64,000 nucleotides of DNA from Octopus sinensis. Its lineage: Eukaryota. Below, in pieces: positions 38,086 to 51,766 of the stretch; the first letter of the stretch is position 1; every line of letters begins with the position of its first letter. The stretch lies in the NCBI RefSeq assembly GCF_006345805.1, contig NC_043013.1, positions 45,632,001 to 45,696,000 of the forward strand, read 5' to 3'. Made by a program: the position numbers and the translations under genes. The notes under the pieces were generated by a model, which did no database searches, was not told the DNA's origin, and saw only the letters and a list, made by a program, of their open reading frames with translations.

Positions 38086-41000
38086 TTTAAGTATGTGTGT
38101 GGTGTATGTATGTATATATATATATATTCTTACAGAGCCTTGTTTACCCACACTCCTAGTTCCTCTGTTCCCATTAACTTCTACTTCCCTTGTGAAGGGC
38201 CACTGGGGTTCCTGGAAACTTCATCACCACTTTGTATCTCTGTAGTTCCTACTAATCAGTATTGCTGTCTCTTCTAAATGTGAGTAGCCAAGGCAGCTCT
38301 TCTACAGGAATCTGCTGCTCCATGCCCTTCCCCCCCAATCTCATACTCTACCCATCCCATCACTTTGCATAAAGCTAATCCCCTTCCCCTTTGGGACTTT
38401 TAGTGTTGCGAGATGCTGAGGGCATGATAAAATGCACCCCGTACATGCTGTAACATGGTTCTGTTAGGAAGGGCACACATATCAAAGTAGACACTGGAAC
38501 GCAATGCACTTCTTAAGGCCCATCAGATCCTCTCAGACCATCCAGCTTATGCCAGCATGGAACGTTATCATCATTTAATGTCTGTTGTCCAGGCAGGCTG
38601 GTGGGCTGCACCAGGCTCCAGTCTGATTTGGCATTGTTTTGTTTTTATGGCTGGATGCCCTTCCTAATGCCACCCACTTTACAAAGTGTGCTGGAAGCTT
38701 TTACATGGCACTGAATAGGTGCTATTACTTGTTGTCACCCAGGCACTTTCATATGGAACTGCCATGGATGCTTTACATAACCAGAAGGACCAGTCTTAAC
38801 ACTTCTGCTGTGGCGAACTGGCAGAAACGTTAGCACGCTGGGCAAAATCCTTAGCGGTATTTCGTCTGGCACTACGTTCTGAGTTCAAATTCCGCCGAGG
38901 TTGACTTTGCCTTTTGTCCTTTTGGGGTCGATTAAATAAGTACCAGTTACGCACTGGGGTCGATATAATCGACTTAATCCGTTTGTCTGTCCTTGTTTGT
39001 CCTCTCTGTGTTTAGCCCCTTGTGGGTAGTAAAGAAATAGGTATGGGTTTTTTTGAGTATAGCCAGGCACCAGGTGTCTCAGTCCTTTGTCATCTCACCT
39101 GAAAGGTCCAGCATCCTGAGGTTGTTCTTCAATACTGGTGATGATATATCTCTATAAAATATTGTTTCTTCACATTCTGCTAAATATTGACTTATTGCTT
39201 CCCAGTGAAAAGTGTTGCAATTTTCAAAAAAATTTATTTTAATCCTTTTCATACCAAACTGCCTAAAAACTTAACCCTGAAACTTTTAAGCTTTTATTAA
39301 GTTTCCAAACATTATCAGTAATATTAATATGCCAATTTGTTCTTTTTGTATATACCTGGCGTGTGTGTCACACTTACCTCAAAGAAGTAGTGAGTGGCAA
39401 AGCGAGAGAGAGGAGAACAGAGAGGAAGTAAGAGATAAAAGGAGAGAGTGAAAGACAGTGAGTGGTGGCAGTGTTTGTTTTGTGTTTTTAAATGTTTGAG
39501 AGAGGAAGAAAGAGGAAAGAGACAGTGAGTGATGATGGCATTCGTTTTGTGTTTTTAAATGTTTATCACATTGCAAGAAAAGTAGATACATAGATACATG
39601 CACATAAATTAAAAGCAGGAGAGAGGAGGGAAATAGAGGAAGTGAAAGAGAATGAGAACATAAGAGAGACAGTAGATACATAGATCCAAAGAAAAGGTAG
39701 ACATAGACACAGCAAATATTGAATGTCACTTTCACCTTTTATTACCACATGAGGATAAAATTAATTCGCAAGTGGCTGAGTACTCTACAGACATGCATAT
39801 CATTAACGTAGTCCTCTGGGAGATTCAGCCTCACACAGAATATGACAAGGCTGGCCCCTTTGAATTACAACTAAAATTTATTTTGGCCAGCTGAGTGGAC
39901 TGGAGCATGATAAACCTTCAAGTGGTTGGAAGAAAATGCAAAAAGGTCCTATATAGGGGCAGGAAAATCTTTTTGGTCGTTAGGGTCACTATGGGTGTTA
40001 ATCCAGTCCTAACAGTGGCATTTGTGGGTCTCACAGATCTGGAGGCCAAGCCCCCAGATAAACACCGATGCATAGGCTGTTGTTTATCAAACTGAGCATG
40101 AGTTGAGGGCGGATACACAACGGAATAGCAATTATTTTTTCTTAGCATTCACTGTTTATACTAAACACATGACATTTTTGCCTTACGATATGGAACATTA
40201 CCTTTAATTTCACACTTTTTGAAAAATGGCACTCCGTTGGTTATGACGATGAGGTTCCTGTTTATCTGATCAACAAACAATCTGCTTGTAAAATTAATGC
40301 GCAGGTGGCTGAGTACTCCACAGACATGCATACCGTAAGGTAGTTCATAGGGAGATTCAGCCTCACACAGAAAATGTGACAAGGCTGGCTCCTTTGTATT
40401 ACAGCTACACCTCATTTTTGCCAGCTGAGTGGACTGCGGCAAGGTGAGGTAGAGTACCTTGCTCAAGAACACAGCATACTGCAGGGAATCGTACTCATGA
40501 CTTCATGATTGTGGGCGAATACCCCTAACCACTGAGCCATGCACCTTCACTCTCTTAACCATAGAGAAAAGGAGTCAAGTGATAGAGACAGAGAAAGGAA
40601 AGCCTTGGTCATTTACAATGACAATTAGACTGAAATACTATCAATCTTTTCTAGCTTCTTCACTTTTAACAATGAAGAAGAGGGAAAGGCATTTAGTAAT
40701 GAATAGAGGGAAAGTCTTTCAGGTATTTACATTTTTATTCAGGGAGTTCTAGAATGATTGAGTGCTAGTTCTCTCTTCTTCCCCACTGCCGGTAATTATT
40801 CGCCTTCTTTCATAGTTCTTCATGTCTCTTAGTTGGAGTGGAGAAAGACCAGGTTTTTTTTTTCCAGGCATGTTTAATGTTTTCTCTACAAACTACAAAC
40901 AACCCCCACTCCCTTCCGTTTTTTTTTTTTTCCTCCCAATACAAAAACTAATGCAAATTTCGAATGAGGTAAAACTGCGTAAAGAGCCCAGAAAAATGGG

Positions 41001-41598
41001 TAATACCCCCTACAAAATGAGTGAGGGAGAAAAGTTGCCAATAGGTGGCTACATGAAATTCAACTCTATACTTTAAAGAGTGTCTTCTACTATAGCCTTG
41101 GGCCGACCAAAGCCTTGTGAGTGAATTTGCTTGGTGGAAACTGAAAGAAGCCTATCATATATATATATATATATATTTGTGCCCCTGCCACCATTGTTTG
41201 GCAACTGATGTTGGTTTATTTGCATCCCCATAACTTAGCTATTCGGCAGAAGATACTGATAGAATAAGCACCAGGCTTACAGGGAATAAGTCCAGGGGTC
41301 AATTTCTTCGACTAAAGGTTGGTGCTGCAGCATGGCCACCGTCAAATGACTGAAACAAGTAAGGGAATAAAAGAATGCCAGGTGAATGTTCCGTACCACT
41401 AAGCCAAGGTTCTTTGAATATGTATGATGTGTTTTAAGGCTAAATAGTAGTTCTGTTTATGTTTGTGTACCTGAGATATTTTGGTTGGATTATATAGTTA
41501 TCTGTTTTACATGTATTTCTATTATTCTGTAACTGTCACAATATAGAAACATTTCACATGGCACCAACACACAATTTACAGATGCTTACATTATTTAT

Positions 41599-41881
41599 GT
41601 GAAAGGTGTTTGTAAGCCATTTAAGAAACACACAAAAGCCATTCGATTCACTTCAACATTTAAGTTTCATTTGTCAAAATATTTTCGTCGTTTTGAGACC
41701 GCGACCTGTTCACTGACAAAAATCCGTGCTGCGTCTCTTAATTAAACTTAAATGTTGAAGTGAATCGAACGGCTTTTGTGTGTTTCTTAAATGGCTTACA
41801 AACACCTTCCACGCTGCAATTGTTTTCGTTTCAGCACACGATCTCAGATCAAATCACTTGCTATGCAAGTACATCTCCGTA
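41599..41881. mobile_element. Unclassified repeat with 69-bp inverted arms; partial copy at 12084-12225
   Basis: 41599-41667 is the reverse complement of 41744-41812 (2 mismatches). Confidence 0.7.
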
Positions 41882-42072
41882 CATTTTTTATGTTTTCTGT
41901 GAATTTTTTTTATGGGTCCAGCTAGTGTATATATAATTGTTTGAATCGTGATATTTTTTATTCCATTCAGAATTAATTTTGATACTAGTTCTCAACCTTT
42001 TCCAAATATCAATTGTAGCTTTTCTGATGACACATGGTTGTAATACAAGGCAACTTGTTTGTATTCCAACAG

Positions 42073-42297
42073 CATCACATATCATAACAGGACCATCAAT
42101 GACAACAGCAGCTGTAGCTACATCTTTGTCAGCTAATGCCCCTTCAGTTCATCAACTGCCTACAGTTATCAAGCCTAAAGTGCTAGTGTCTGAACCTGCT
42201 AGAGTTATTGTAAATGGACCCAGCTCCTCAGGACATACAGTAGTATTAACAAACGGCGCTGATTTTGAATTGAAAAAAGAAACGGTGATTACTCAAG
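42073..42297 (+). CDS. FoxK: FoxK exon E (low-complexity C-terminal region), phase 1 to 1
   Basis: cttgtttgtattccaacag acceptor (alternative in-frame AG gives start 42091), caag|gtaaac donor; open frame SHIITGPSMTTAAVATSLS...IKPKVLVSEPARVIVNG...KKETVITQ; phases fit both neighbours. Confidence 0.82.
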
Positions 42298-42407
42298 GTA
42301 AACCCCACCTTTTTTAAAAAAAAAATTTGTCTTATTTTTTGTCTTAAATATAATCAGATGACATTGAGATGCAAGCTCTTTAGCTAAAATAACTCCTTAT
42401 CATTTAA

Positions 42408-42628
42408 CCCTTTGGTGTTTAAGCCGGCCACATCCGGCCCAAATATCCTACATGTTTTACATTCAAACCGGCCATATCTGGGCCCTCACACCTAACCTAC
42501 ATTGGCATTCTAAGAATAAACTATCTCACCATTGAAACTTCAAAGCTGTAAGATAATGTGTGATTAATTCAAAACAATTTGAGTGAAAAAAGTATTACAT
42601 TTAACAGAGTAACCTGAGCACTAAAGGG
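42408..42628. mobile_element. piggyBac-like MITE family 1
   Basis: TTAA|CCCTTTGG ... CTAAAGGG|TTTAA, 221 bp. Confidence 0.78.
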
Positions 42629-43227
42629 TTTAAGCCTGCCAAATATTCTACTTGTTTTATGGCCAGATTCAGCCTTTCACATTTATCCTCCAATGTCATT
42701 CTAAACACAAACAATTACATCATCGAAATTCTACAAGACAAGCATGATTAATTCAGAACAATGAAGAACCTGAATGCTATTGAGTTAAAGCTGTGTGTCA
42801 TATTTATTATTGTTTTTAAAATGATTAATAAGGGAGTTGCTTTTATATGTTCTCTCTCTCTCTATATATATATATATTAACTTAGGTTAACATGAAGTGT
42901 CTATTGTGTATGTTGGCAACAAGAAATGTTACAAAGATAGTTGATCTATTTGATGAAGTTTTGCTATCTGTTATTGTAGATTACTCCGCATCCAATATGT
43001 CACAAAAATTTAGTTGTTGCGTTTCCTCTTTTCCTATATTTTGTCTTTTCAACTTTCTCTGTTTTTTTTTTGAAATGTCTTATCTCCATGTCTTAATTAT
43101 AAGTATGCCTCAAGCCTAGGGGCTCATGGAGCTGGAACTCCTCAAGGTTTCCGAGGTGTTTAAGTGACTGAGAGGACAGGTCACCCTCTGAATGGGATGC
43201 CAGTCAGTCATAGGAGCTTGAGAGGCG

Positions 43228-43585
43228 GTTGGATGGAACCTACACTCGCCTCCTTATGAGAGCTCAAAATCTCTCGTGGAAGCGCCATCCAACCAAAATG
43301 CAAATATATGGGAAACTACCACCTGTGTCATCTCTTGTGAAAGGTAGGAGAGTCCAGTTTGCTGGACATTGTTGTAGAGCTGAAAAAGAGGTAATTTCTA
43401 CTCTTCTCCTCTGGAAGCCATCTACTCGCAATACCAGAGGGCGCACTTTCCTACCCTGATGTAATCTCCAGGGATACAGGCATCCAGCAACAGGACCTCT
43501 GTAATGCCATGATGGACCGTGAAGTCTGGCGTAGCATGGTAAATTCCATTGTCTCGACCATGGTCAAACAATGATGATGATGATA
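43228..43585 (+). mobile_element. Second RTE-clade LINE 3' end (different family), one frameshift
   Basis: DGTYTRLLMRAQNLSWKRHPT...RRVQFAGHCCRA...LLLWKP...RGR then YPDVISRDTG...MMDREVW; (ATG)n tail. Confidence 0.82.
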
Positions 43586-44563
43586 GGATCAACATCCAAC
43601 TACCACTGACGTTCCATTTCCTGTTGAGTGAACTGGAACCAATATGAAATGCAGTGTCTTTTACTCAAGAAAATGTGTACCACCCAGTCTGAGAATCAAA
43701 CCCGTAACCTAATGATGATGATCATAATCGTTTAACATTTGCTTTCCATGCTGGCATGAGTTGGATGATTCAACAGGATCTGAAAGATCCAAGGACTGCA
43801 TTGTACTACAATGTCTGCTTTGCCATGGTTTTTATGGCTGGATACCATTCCTAATGCCAACCGCTCTACAGCTTGTGCTGAGTGGTTTTTCTTTTTCCTA
43901 CCACCAGCACTAGTGAGGTTGCCATGCAGCTGGTGAGACACTGAGGGGTGAGGATGAAGCCCCAACCATAAGTCCAAATTCCTAATTACTTGGCCATTAA
44001 CCTTCACTTCTCGTTATATAGCAGTTTCTATAACTGAGTAGTTCAGAAAAGATAGCACACATTTATTTGACACTTTTAATTAGATACCAATCGTCTCTCC
44101 ACCTACCTAATTCTTATTCTGTTTGAAATTATTTTTATTTTTCATTTTAAGTATAACTTCCATTTTAATTCATTAAAAATTTTATTTTTAAATATCCTGT
44201 CTAATTATTTTTTTTTTGTAATTTTCTTATTCACATATTTGAACATGATCAAAGCAGAATAAACTGAAAGATAAGCAGATTAATAATTAAATATTTAAAT
44301 TCTTTGAGGAAATGTAATTCACATCAATCTGTGTTTACGATAGGAAACTGACAGTTGCTTTAAAATTGATTCTAACAAAGTTTTTAAAATCTTGAGTATT
44401 TTGAGAGATTAATTGGAAAGATAAATAAGGTGGGTGTGCTTCCCGCCATATGGCACTGGACTTGGTCCCACTTTGTGTGGCACCTTGGTAAGTGTTTCTC
44501 TGATAGCTTCAAGCTGACCAAATTTGAATGGATTTGGTAGGTGGAGACTGAAAGAAGCCCATC

Positions 44564-44635
<72 letters not shown>

Positions 44636-44710
44636 CACCTTATTTTAAATTGTATGGATAATACCATACTAAATTCTGGTGCCTTCAACTTAAATACCAT
44701 ATTCATTTGA

Positions 44711-44752
<42 letters not shown>

Positions 44753-44992
44753 ATCTGTGTTTGTCCCTCACCGCTGCTTACCAACTGGTGTGTTTACGTC
44801 TCCATGACGTAGCAGTTCAGTTAAAGAGACTGATAGATTAAGTACTAGATTTAAGTGAGTACTGGCACTACTCTAGCTTGGCCACAGTCTGAAACAAAAG
44901 ATAAAAGATGCTAATTTGTAAGTTAATTTCCACAAGATTTGTTTTCCTAATTGCTGTTTTAATTGACTGTTGTCTTACCCTTGTTCTTCCAG

Positions 44993-45315
44993 ATGGTACT
45001 CTGAATGCAAGCAACGCAACAGGATCTACAATAGCAAGTGCTGCAAACCAAGTGTCAATGGTGAAAAGTATGAACAAAACACCATACACCGCAGTCGCTG
45101 TTAATGTAATTGCACCACCTGCAACAGCTCAGCAAATCCAGACTGCAAATAGTGTTGTAGTGAACACAGCGCTACCATCGGCTACACACTCTTTATTGTC
45201 GCAAGGAAGAAGTCAATCTGTAGTCTCAGATTCTGCTGCAGCAGCAGCAGCTGTTCTTCAAATGGCAGCCATGGGAGGTGGAGACGTTGGGACAACTTCT
45301 TTCTCCTCGATAGTG
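44993..45315 (+). CDS. FoxK: FoxK exon F (Ala/Ser/Thr/Val-rich), phase 1 to 0
   Basis: cccttgttcttccag acceptor, gtg|gtaagt donor; open frame GTLNASNATGST...SAAAAAAVLQMAAMGGGDVGTTSFSSIV. Confidence 0.85.
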
Positions 45316-45342
45316 GTAAGTTGTAATGTTTGATTTGCTTAA

Positions 45343-45562
45343 CCCTTTCGTTACCAACCCGGCTGAAACTGGCTCTGGCTCTCAGTACAAATGTCTTGTT
45401 TTCATAAGTTTTGAATCAAAATCTTCCACCAAACCTTAGTCACAATTTATGCTCCTAACACCAGCTTAATGATAACTAAGTTATTTTACTAAATTCTTTA
45501 TTATATTTAAAGTAATTGAAAGAAACACAGAGCATCTCAAAATAAATACAGTAATGAAAGGG
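45343..45562. mobile_element. piggyBac-like MITE family 2, intact 220 bp
   Basis: TTAA|CCCTTTCGTTAC ... GTAATGAAAGGG|TTAA. Confidence 0.85.
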
Positions 45563-47560
45563 TTAAATAAGATTTTAATGTATTAACTAAGAAGAGTATT
45601 TATATATGGTAACAGAATTGTTATTTAAACTCCTTAGCATTTAATCTGGCCGTACCTGGCCTAACTAGTCTACCTGTTTTATGTTAAAACTAATCAGATC
45701 CAACCCTACAATGTCCTTCTAAATATACACAAACACTCCATTGAAATTTCGAAGCTGCGAGATAATGTATGATTAATTCAAAGTGATGTGAATAAATAAG
45801 CAATACATTTGACAAAGAAATCTGAATGTTAAACAGTTAAATAGAGTTGGAAAAAAAAAAACAACAAAACGTTAAATAGCCCTTTATTTTTAAAAAGTGG
45901 TCTCTTAACAAAATGCGTCTTTAAAAGCATTTGAAAGCTCAATCACAAAACAGACCCCAAGATATTAAGTTGCTGGAGTTCAAGCCTGCTTGGCTATTGT
46001 GTATTTTTCCTGGACAAGGCAAATAATTTTACTTGCTTCACTCTGCTTGGCTAGTAAAATGGGTTGTGGCAGTCAGGGAATGTTGTTCTAACAACATGAA
46101 GATTGTTAAATTTGCAAGAAGAGAACAAAAAAAAAGAAAGATTAAAAGAAGCCATTCTTTAACTTGACATAGGTTTATCAAGTATGTTTGTTTCCGACCA
46201 CATGGCTTCCGGTTCACTCCTACTGTGTGGCACCTTGGACACATTCCTTCAAAAGCCTTGTGAAGGGATTTGGTAAATGGAAACTGAAAGAAGCCTGTCA
46301 CGTGTGTGTCTCCTTGTCTTGACATCACATGGTAGTTGTAAATGAGTGTCACTGTCATAAAAGCAGTGTCGTTTTGTAAAATGGGTCTGGCTGTGGAGAA
46401 GTATTACCTTGTTTGGAAACATTTGGTGGTTGGCAATAGTAAGGGCATCTGCTTGTAGGGAATTTGCCCCTGTAAATATTTAGACCCATGTAAGATGATG
46501 ATATTTCTTGCCAAAAAAATTTACAATACTCACTTTTTCAAACAGTTTGATATTCGTTCTCTACACTGAACTTAGTATATTTTATGCTCTTGCCATGACA
46601 TAATGTAAAACAAACACGTGTCCGTTGGTCTTCATATCACTATCTTGCTCTCTGTTAATAACTGCAAACCCAGGCTGGTACTTACTTGAAGGTTTTGAGT
46701 GAATGGTGGATGCATTGTCACTTTGAAAGGTTATCAGCCAATGCCAGGTAACAATTCTAGATGGCTTGATATGGTACCTGTTTGAAAAAACCTAGGGACT
46801 GGTAGCAAATACCAGCAGTAGAATTGAATTCAGTATCATCATCATCGTTTAGCATCCGCTTTCCATGCTGGCATGGGTTGGACAGTGCAACTGGGGGTCT
46901 GGGAAGCCAGAAGGCGGCACCAGGCCCAGTCTGATCTGGCAATGTTTCTACGGCTGGATGCCCTTCCTAACGCCAACCACTCCATGAGTGTAGTGGGTGC
47001 TTTTTACGTGCCACCCGCACGGAAGCCAGGCGAGGCTTAGTCCAGTACTATGTATGACTCAATGTCGCTTACTCTTACATATACATACACAACATCAAAA
47101 TGTATTTGTACTCGCTGTATGGATTTCAGGTAAATCTTTCAAAATTAGTCTTTGAAATATCTCAGTAGCTTTGGTTGTTATTGCACACAGTGTTAGTTCC
47201 AATGAAATACCAATGAAACACTCTGACTTTTACTGTGATATATGGGAAAAAGAGTGTCTCAGGAGATTTATTATAATTGCTGTGTAAAATATATTGAAAA
47301 ATGGTCATCATCATCATCATCATTTAATGTCCATTTTCTATGAAGCTGCATGGCTGAAAAGAATAAAAGAATAAAAAATAGAGAAAAAAAAGTGATTCAT
47401 TTCTACCATTATCAGTTTTATTTTCTGAATGTGATCTAGTGACCCAAATCAATATATGTTGATAGGGGATCAAACTATATGAGTTATACAGTGATAAAAA
47501 TCATTTCCTGCTTTATAGGTGATAATTATAAATTGTTTGTTAATGTGCAGTAGAAACATT

Positions 47561-48065
47561 ATCATCATCACCATCATTTAATGTCCGTTTTCCATGCGAG
47601 GACAGTTCAACTGGGGACTGGGAAGCCAGGAGGCTGCACCAGGCTCCAGTCTGATCTCGTAGTGTTTCTACAGCTGGATGCCCTTCCTAACGCCAACCAC
47701 TCCGTGAGTGTAGTGAGTGCTTTTTATGTGCCACTGGCACAGGGGCCAGAGGAGGCTTGCAACGGCCACGATCGGTTGGTGCTTTTTATGTGCCACCGGC
47801 ATGGGTATCACAACTACAATTTCCATTTGATTTTTATTTTGTTGTTGATGTACTTGACTCAGAAGGTCGCCTCAAGCACAGCAGGTCGCCCTACGATCCA
47901 AGGTAAGCATCGCAGACCGTCCTGCGAGCCATGAACTCACTTCATTTGGCGGGTCTTTGCAGTCACAGCATATCCCCAGAGGTCTCGGTCTTTCGTCATT
48001 GCCTCTGTGAGGCCCAACGTTCGAAGGTTGTGCTTGACCACCTCATTCCATGCCTTCCTGGGTCT
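47561..48065 (-). mobile_element. 5'-truncated RTE LINE: ORF2 C-terminus, 3' UTR and (ATG)n tail
   Basis: 48065 to 47937 reads RPRKAWNEVVKHNLRTLGLTEAMTKDRDLWGYAVTAKTRQMK*, contiguous with the aggaagggcatcc core element. Confidence 0.85.
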
Positions 48066-48141
48066 CAAGCCCATCTAGGCTGAAATGCATCTAGCATTCT
48101 TGGTAGCCACTATTAGGATGATTTTTGTCTCCCTCTGGTTA

Positions 48142-48338
48142 TATATATATATTATATGTAGAAAAATACAAACTGGGACAAGAATGTAAAACATTTAGAA
48201 GACGATACAAAAAACACGGACGGGACATTCGAAGCCTTCAATCTTCAGTTGATTGAAGGCTTCGAATGTCCCGTCCCTATTTTTTGTATCGTCTTCTTTC
48301 TTGTCCCAGTTTGTATTTTTCTACATGTAATATATATA
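48142..48338. repeat. Near-perfect palindrome/hairpin
   Basis: 26-bp perfect inner stem (48218-43/48251-76) with 7-nt loop, plus 18-bp and 28-bp perfect outer stems. Confidence 0.93.
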
Positions 48339-48619
48339 GCGGTGCCCGTACCCTCTTTGGCCTTATATATATATATATAATATATATATATATATAATAT
48401 ATATATATATATATAGTGTTTTGAAAATCAGCTCATTCATAAGATATTATCTTTGGATGAATACTGCAGTAAATTGTCTTTCAGTGACGTATTTATATTC
48501 TGTGAACTATTTGGTTAAATAAAATGTATTGATTTGATGGCAGTGGTGGGGGTGGTGACAGTGATGATTTCAATGATTTATATATATATTTATATATATA
48601 TTATTTCTCCTTTTTCCAG

Positions 48620-48739
48620 ATGCCAAACAGTAGTGCTGGTTCTGTGCATAAGCAAGATGGAGAAGATAGCCACTTGGACGATTTGCATAATTCTAAGAAA
48701 ATGAAGTTGGACACAGCATCGGCTGCTGAAAAATGCTAA
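48620..48739 (+). CDS. FoxK: FoxK terminal coding exon G with TAA stop
   Basis: ttatttctcctttttccag acceptor, phase 0; MPNSSAGSVHKQDGEDSHLDDLHNSKKMKLDTASAAEKC*; basic KKMKLD patch sits where FOXK1 has VKRSRVE. Confidence 0.85.
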   Translation: MPNSSAGSVHKQDGEDSHLDDLHNSKKMKLDTASAAEKC

Positions 48740-49096
48740 TTAAAAAAAGAAAAAGCAAAAAAAGAAAAAGCAAAAATAAAAAAAAATTGAAAACAAAATG
48801 AAATAAAGGCATAAAACAAAATGTTAGGAATCCCCCCGCCCCTCCAAAAACAAAGAAACAATACACACACACACACTTGAGTTTCATTAGCTGATGTTTA
48901 CATACAACACCTAACAGATCTACAGTGTTTATCTGTAGGTGGACCTAAATGGACAATGGTGTTTATATATGCTACAATTGCTGGTTTCTATCCATTGCTC
49001 ACCTGTGCCCCCCTCTCCCCCCACTCTTTCAGTTTATACTTTGCATGCATATGCACATACATACATGCAATATATATGTATATATACATATATATA

Positions 49097-49131
<35 letters not shown>

Positions 49132-51717
49132 CATAAACAAATAGTTTAACTGGACTGTTTGAAGAATCAAAGACGAATATTAAAATATTGATAATATGCA
49201 AAAAGTGAAGTACGATATTATTCTTTATTTAACTTGAAGAAAAATTAAAAAAAAAAAAATGACAATGTATTTGACAAGACCCTCTCTCTCTTCTCTTACT
49301 GAAAATGTAGTCTATGTTCTTTCCTTCTCTCTCTCTCTCTCTCTGTTTCGCTCTTTCTCTCTCTTTGTAAACTTGAGTCCTGTTTATTTTAAAGTAACTT
49401 GATCAAGTCTGGAAAACAAAAAGAAAAAAAAAAAAAGAGGAACATTTAAGACTGGTTATAAACAAAGCATTACTCTGAAGCTGTTGATTAGAAATGATAA
49501 AAAAAAAAAACAAAGAAAAAAAAACAAAGAAAAAAGAAAAGATCAAAAATGGTTTCAGATAAAGTAGAAAATAGTAGGAGCAGTTACTGCAATATTATTG
49601 ATGGAAAGTCCTCCATTGCTGTATTAAGCTTGACAAGGATAGTAGAAAAAGAAGATATACTCTGTCTCGCTTTTTATCTGATTCCTATAACGTATGTAAT
49701 TGCTCCACATTCTAATCCTATAGCATTATTGCCAACAAACCAATAACTGTGTATGCGTGTGAGTGTCTGTATGTATGTGTGTGCATGTGAGAGAGATACA
49801 TATACTTTAAGTGATGTATTTGTTTTGCTGTTAACTATTGATTTCATCAGAACCTCTGTTTGCTGGATTATGTTCCCTTGATGCTGGGGTAAAATGATCC
49901 ATCTGTCTACATATATATACCACGCTAAGGATTATATCATTGAAAAAGGTCACTATACAATTTACAGATTGAAGAGAGATAAATGTATTAATTTCATTTT
50001 CTTTTCTCAATCCAGTAAGTTTCGTTTCATTTAGTTGTAGAGTTTAAACAGAAAAGAAAACAAAAAATAATCCCCAACAAGCGAGAAAACATGTGTGTAT
50101 GAATATATATATATATAGATATATATATACACACATATACACAAACATACACACACACATAATTTCTTTTTGTACAGGAATTTATTTATTAAATCCAACA
50201 AACAAAGCTAGAAATTTTGGTTCTACAAAACTTCCTGTGCTTCATTATATATTTCTGTAAGCTATTTTATTTAATTTTCTGATCGTCTCTCATTCTCTTC
50301 CCCTCAACCCTGCTTAAACACATCAGAAATATTTTTTTTTCTCCCCCCCTGCTCACCAAGTTCTCCACACCAACTTGTAATAATTCTTGTGACGAAACAA
50401 GTTGAAACAGAGCTTGATTTTCTTACAAACAAGTGTTCTCTGTTGCCTTGAAATAGAAATGTCAGTGAAAGTTCTGTAAAGTAAAAATGATTGCCCTCCA
50501 CTGCAGAACAATCTCTCATGTTATTTACCAAACATATATCTCCTTCAAAAGAGAAGACTTTATCTTTCTATGGTTCTCGTTTCTGCCATTTTCTCCTCTG
50601 TAAATAAGACTCTGCTTACCATTATCTTTATTATTCTTGTATTTTTAAACCTGTTTTATTTAATTTTTTTTTTTTTTTTTTTACATGCAAAAAACATTCA
50701 AGTGATTTTGATCTTGATTTATTTTTCAGATTTCAGTTAGATAAAAATATTTGGAGACAGGCAAGAGAAAGACTGGGTGTCTTTATTTTGAAACTGCCTT
50801 CGTTATTTGGGACATCACACATGTAAAAATGAAATGCTTTTTCATTGGCTGTCAAGTATTTATATAAAACATTCAGTGTGACTCAATGTCATCAGTAAAA
50901 TTTGGGGAAGAATAGAGATTTGAGAAAGAGATAATGAACAAGGTGTATTAGTCTTCTTCCATTGTCTTAAGTCTATATGTACACACAATCACACATACAC
51001 ACACATGCATACAAATACACAGACATGTATTCTACATCATTATCGGAGTGTTTTAGCTCTCTTGTTCATTTGCTTTCAGAAATTCCAAATTTTGCTGTAT
51101 TCACAATTATTTCACAGCATTCTGCAGCTGCTCCATAGGTTTACACTTTAAAGAATTTTGTATTCTAAACTTGTTATATGATCTTTTTAGCCCTACAATT
51201 TATCATCATCATTATTATTATATTATTATTATTATTATCATCATCATCATCATCATTTAGCCTAGTAAGGAAAACAAGGAATATTTATTACTTCTTTGTC
51301 AAGTACTTTGATATTTTAGAAGTAGTCTTACTCATACTAACAGCTGATTTATTTAAACTCTTAAGAAACTGGGTAGTTATTGACACCTAACTTTGATTTT
51401 ATGTTGACCTAACACATGGCTCTATCAATTTACTGTTAGAAAAATATTCAATTTTAATTAATTAATTAATTTTTCCATTTTTGTCTTTGTTGTTTCTGTT
51501 TGAAATCTTTTGTAATAAAAGTTTAAAATTTTTACTTTCCCTAAAAGCTGACTTTACCTAGCTGTTTTATTATCATCTTTCTCTCAGCTTCAGAGTTTTT
51601 TGTTTTTTTTTTATTGCTTTATACTGCTTAACATTTTTAGAACAAATAAATTGATATTTGTTTGCAGATTATTGAACAAATTACTAGATCTTAACAACAT
51701 TTGCATTCTCCTCCTAG

Positions 51718-51766
<49 letters not shown>

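Noticed and set aside
30471-45562. TE insertions within ~30-110 bp downstream of three consecutive donors (30545, 42408, 45343)
   Set aside because: Expected by chance at this repeat density, and they belong to three different families.
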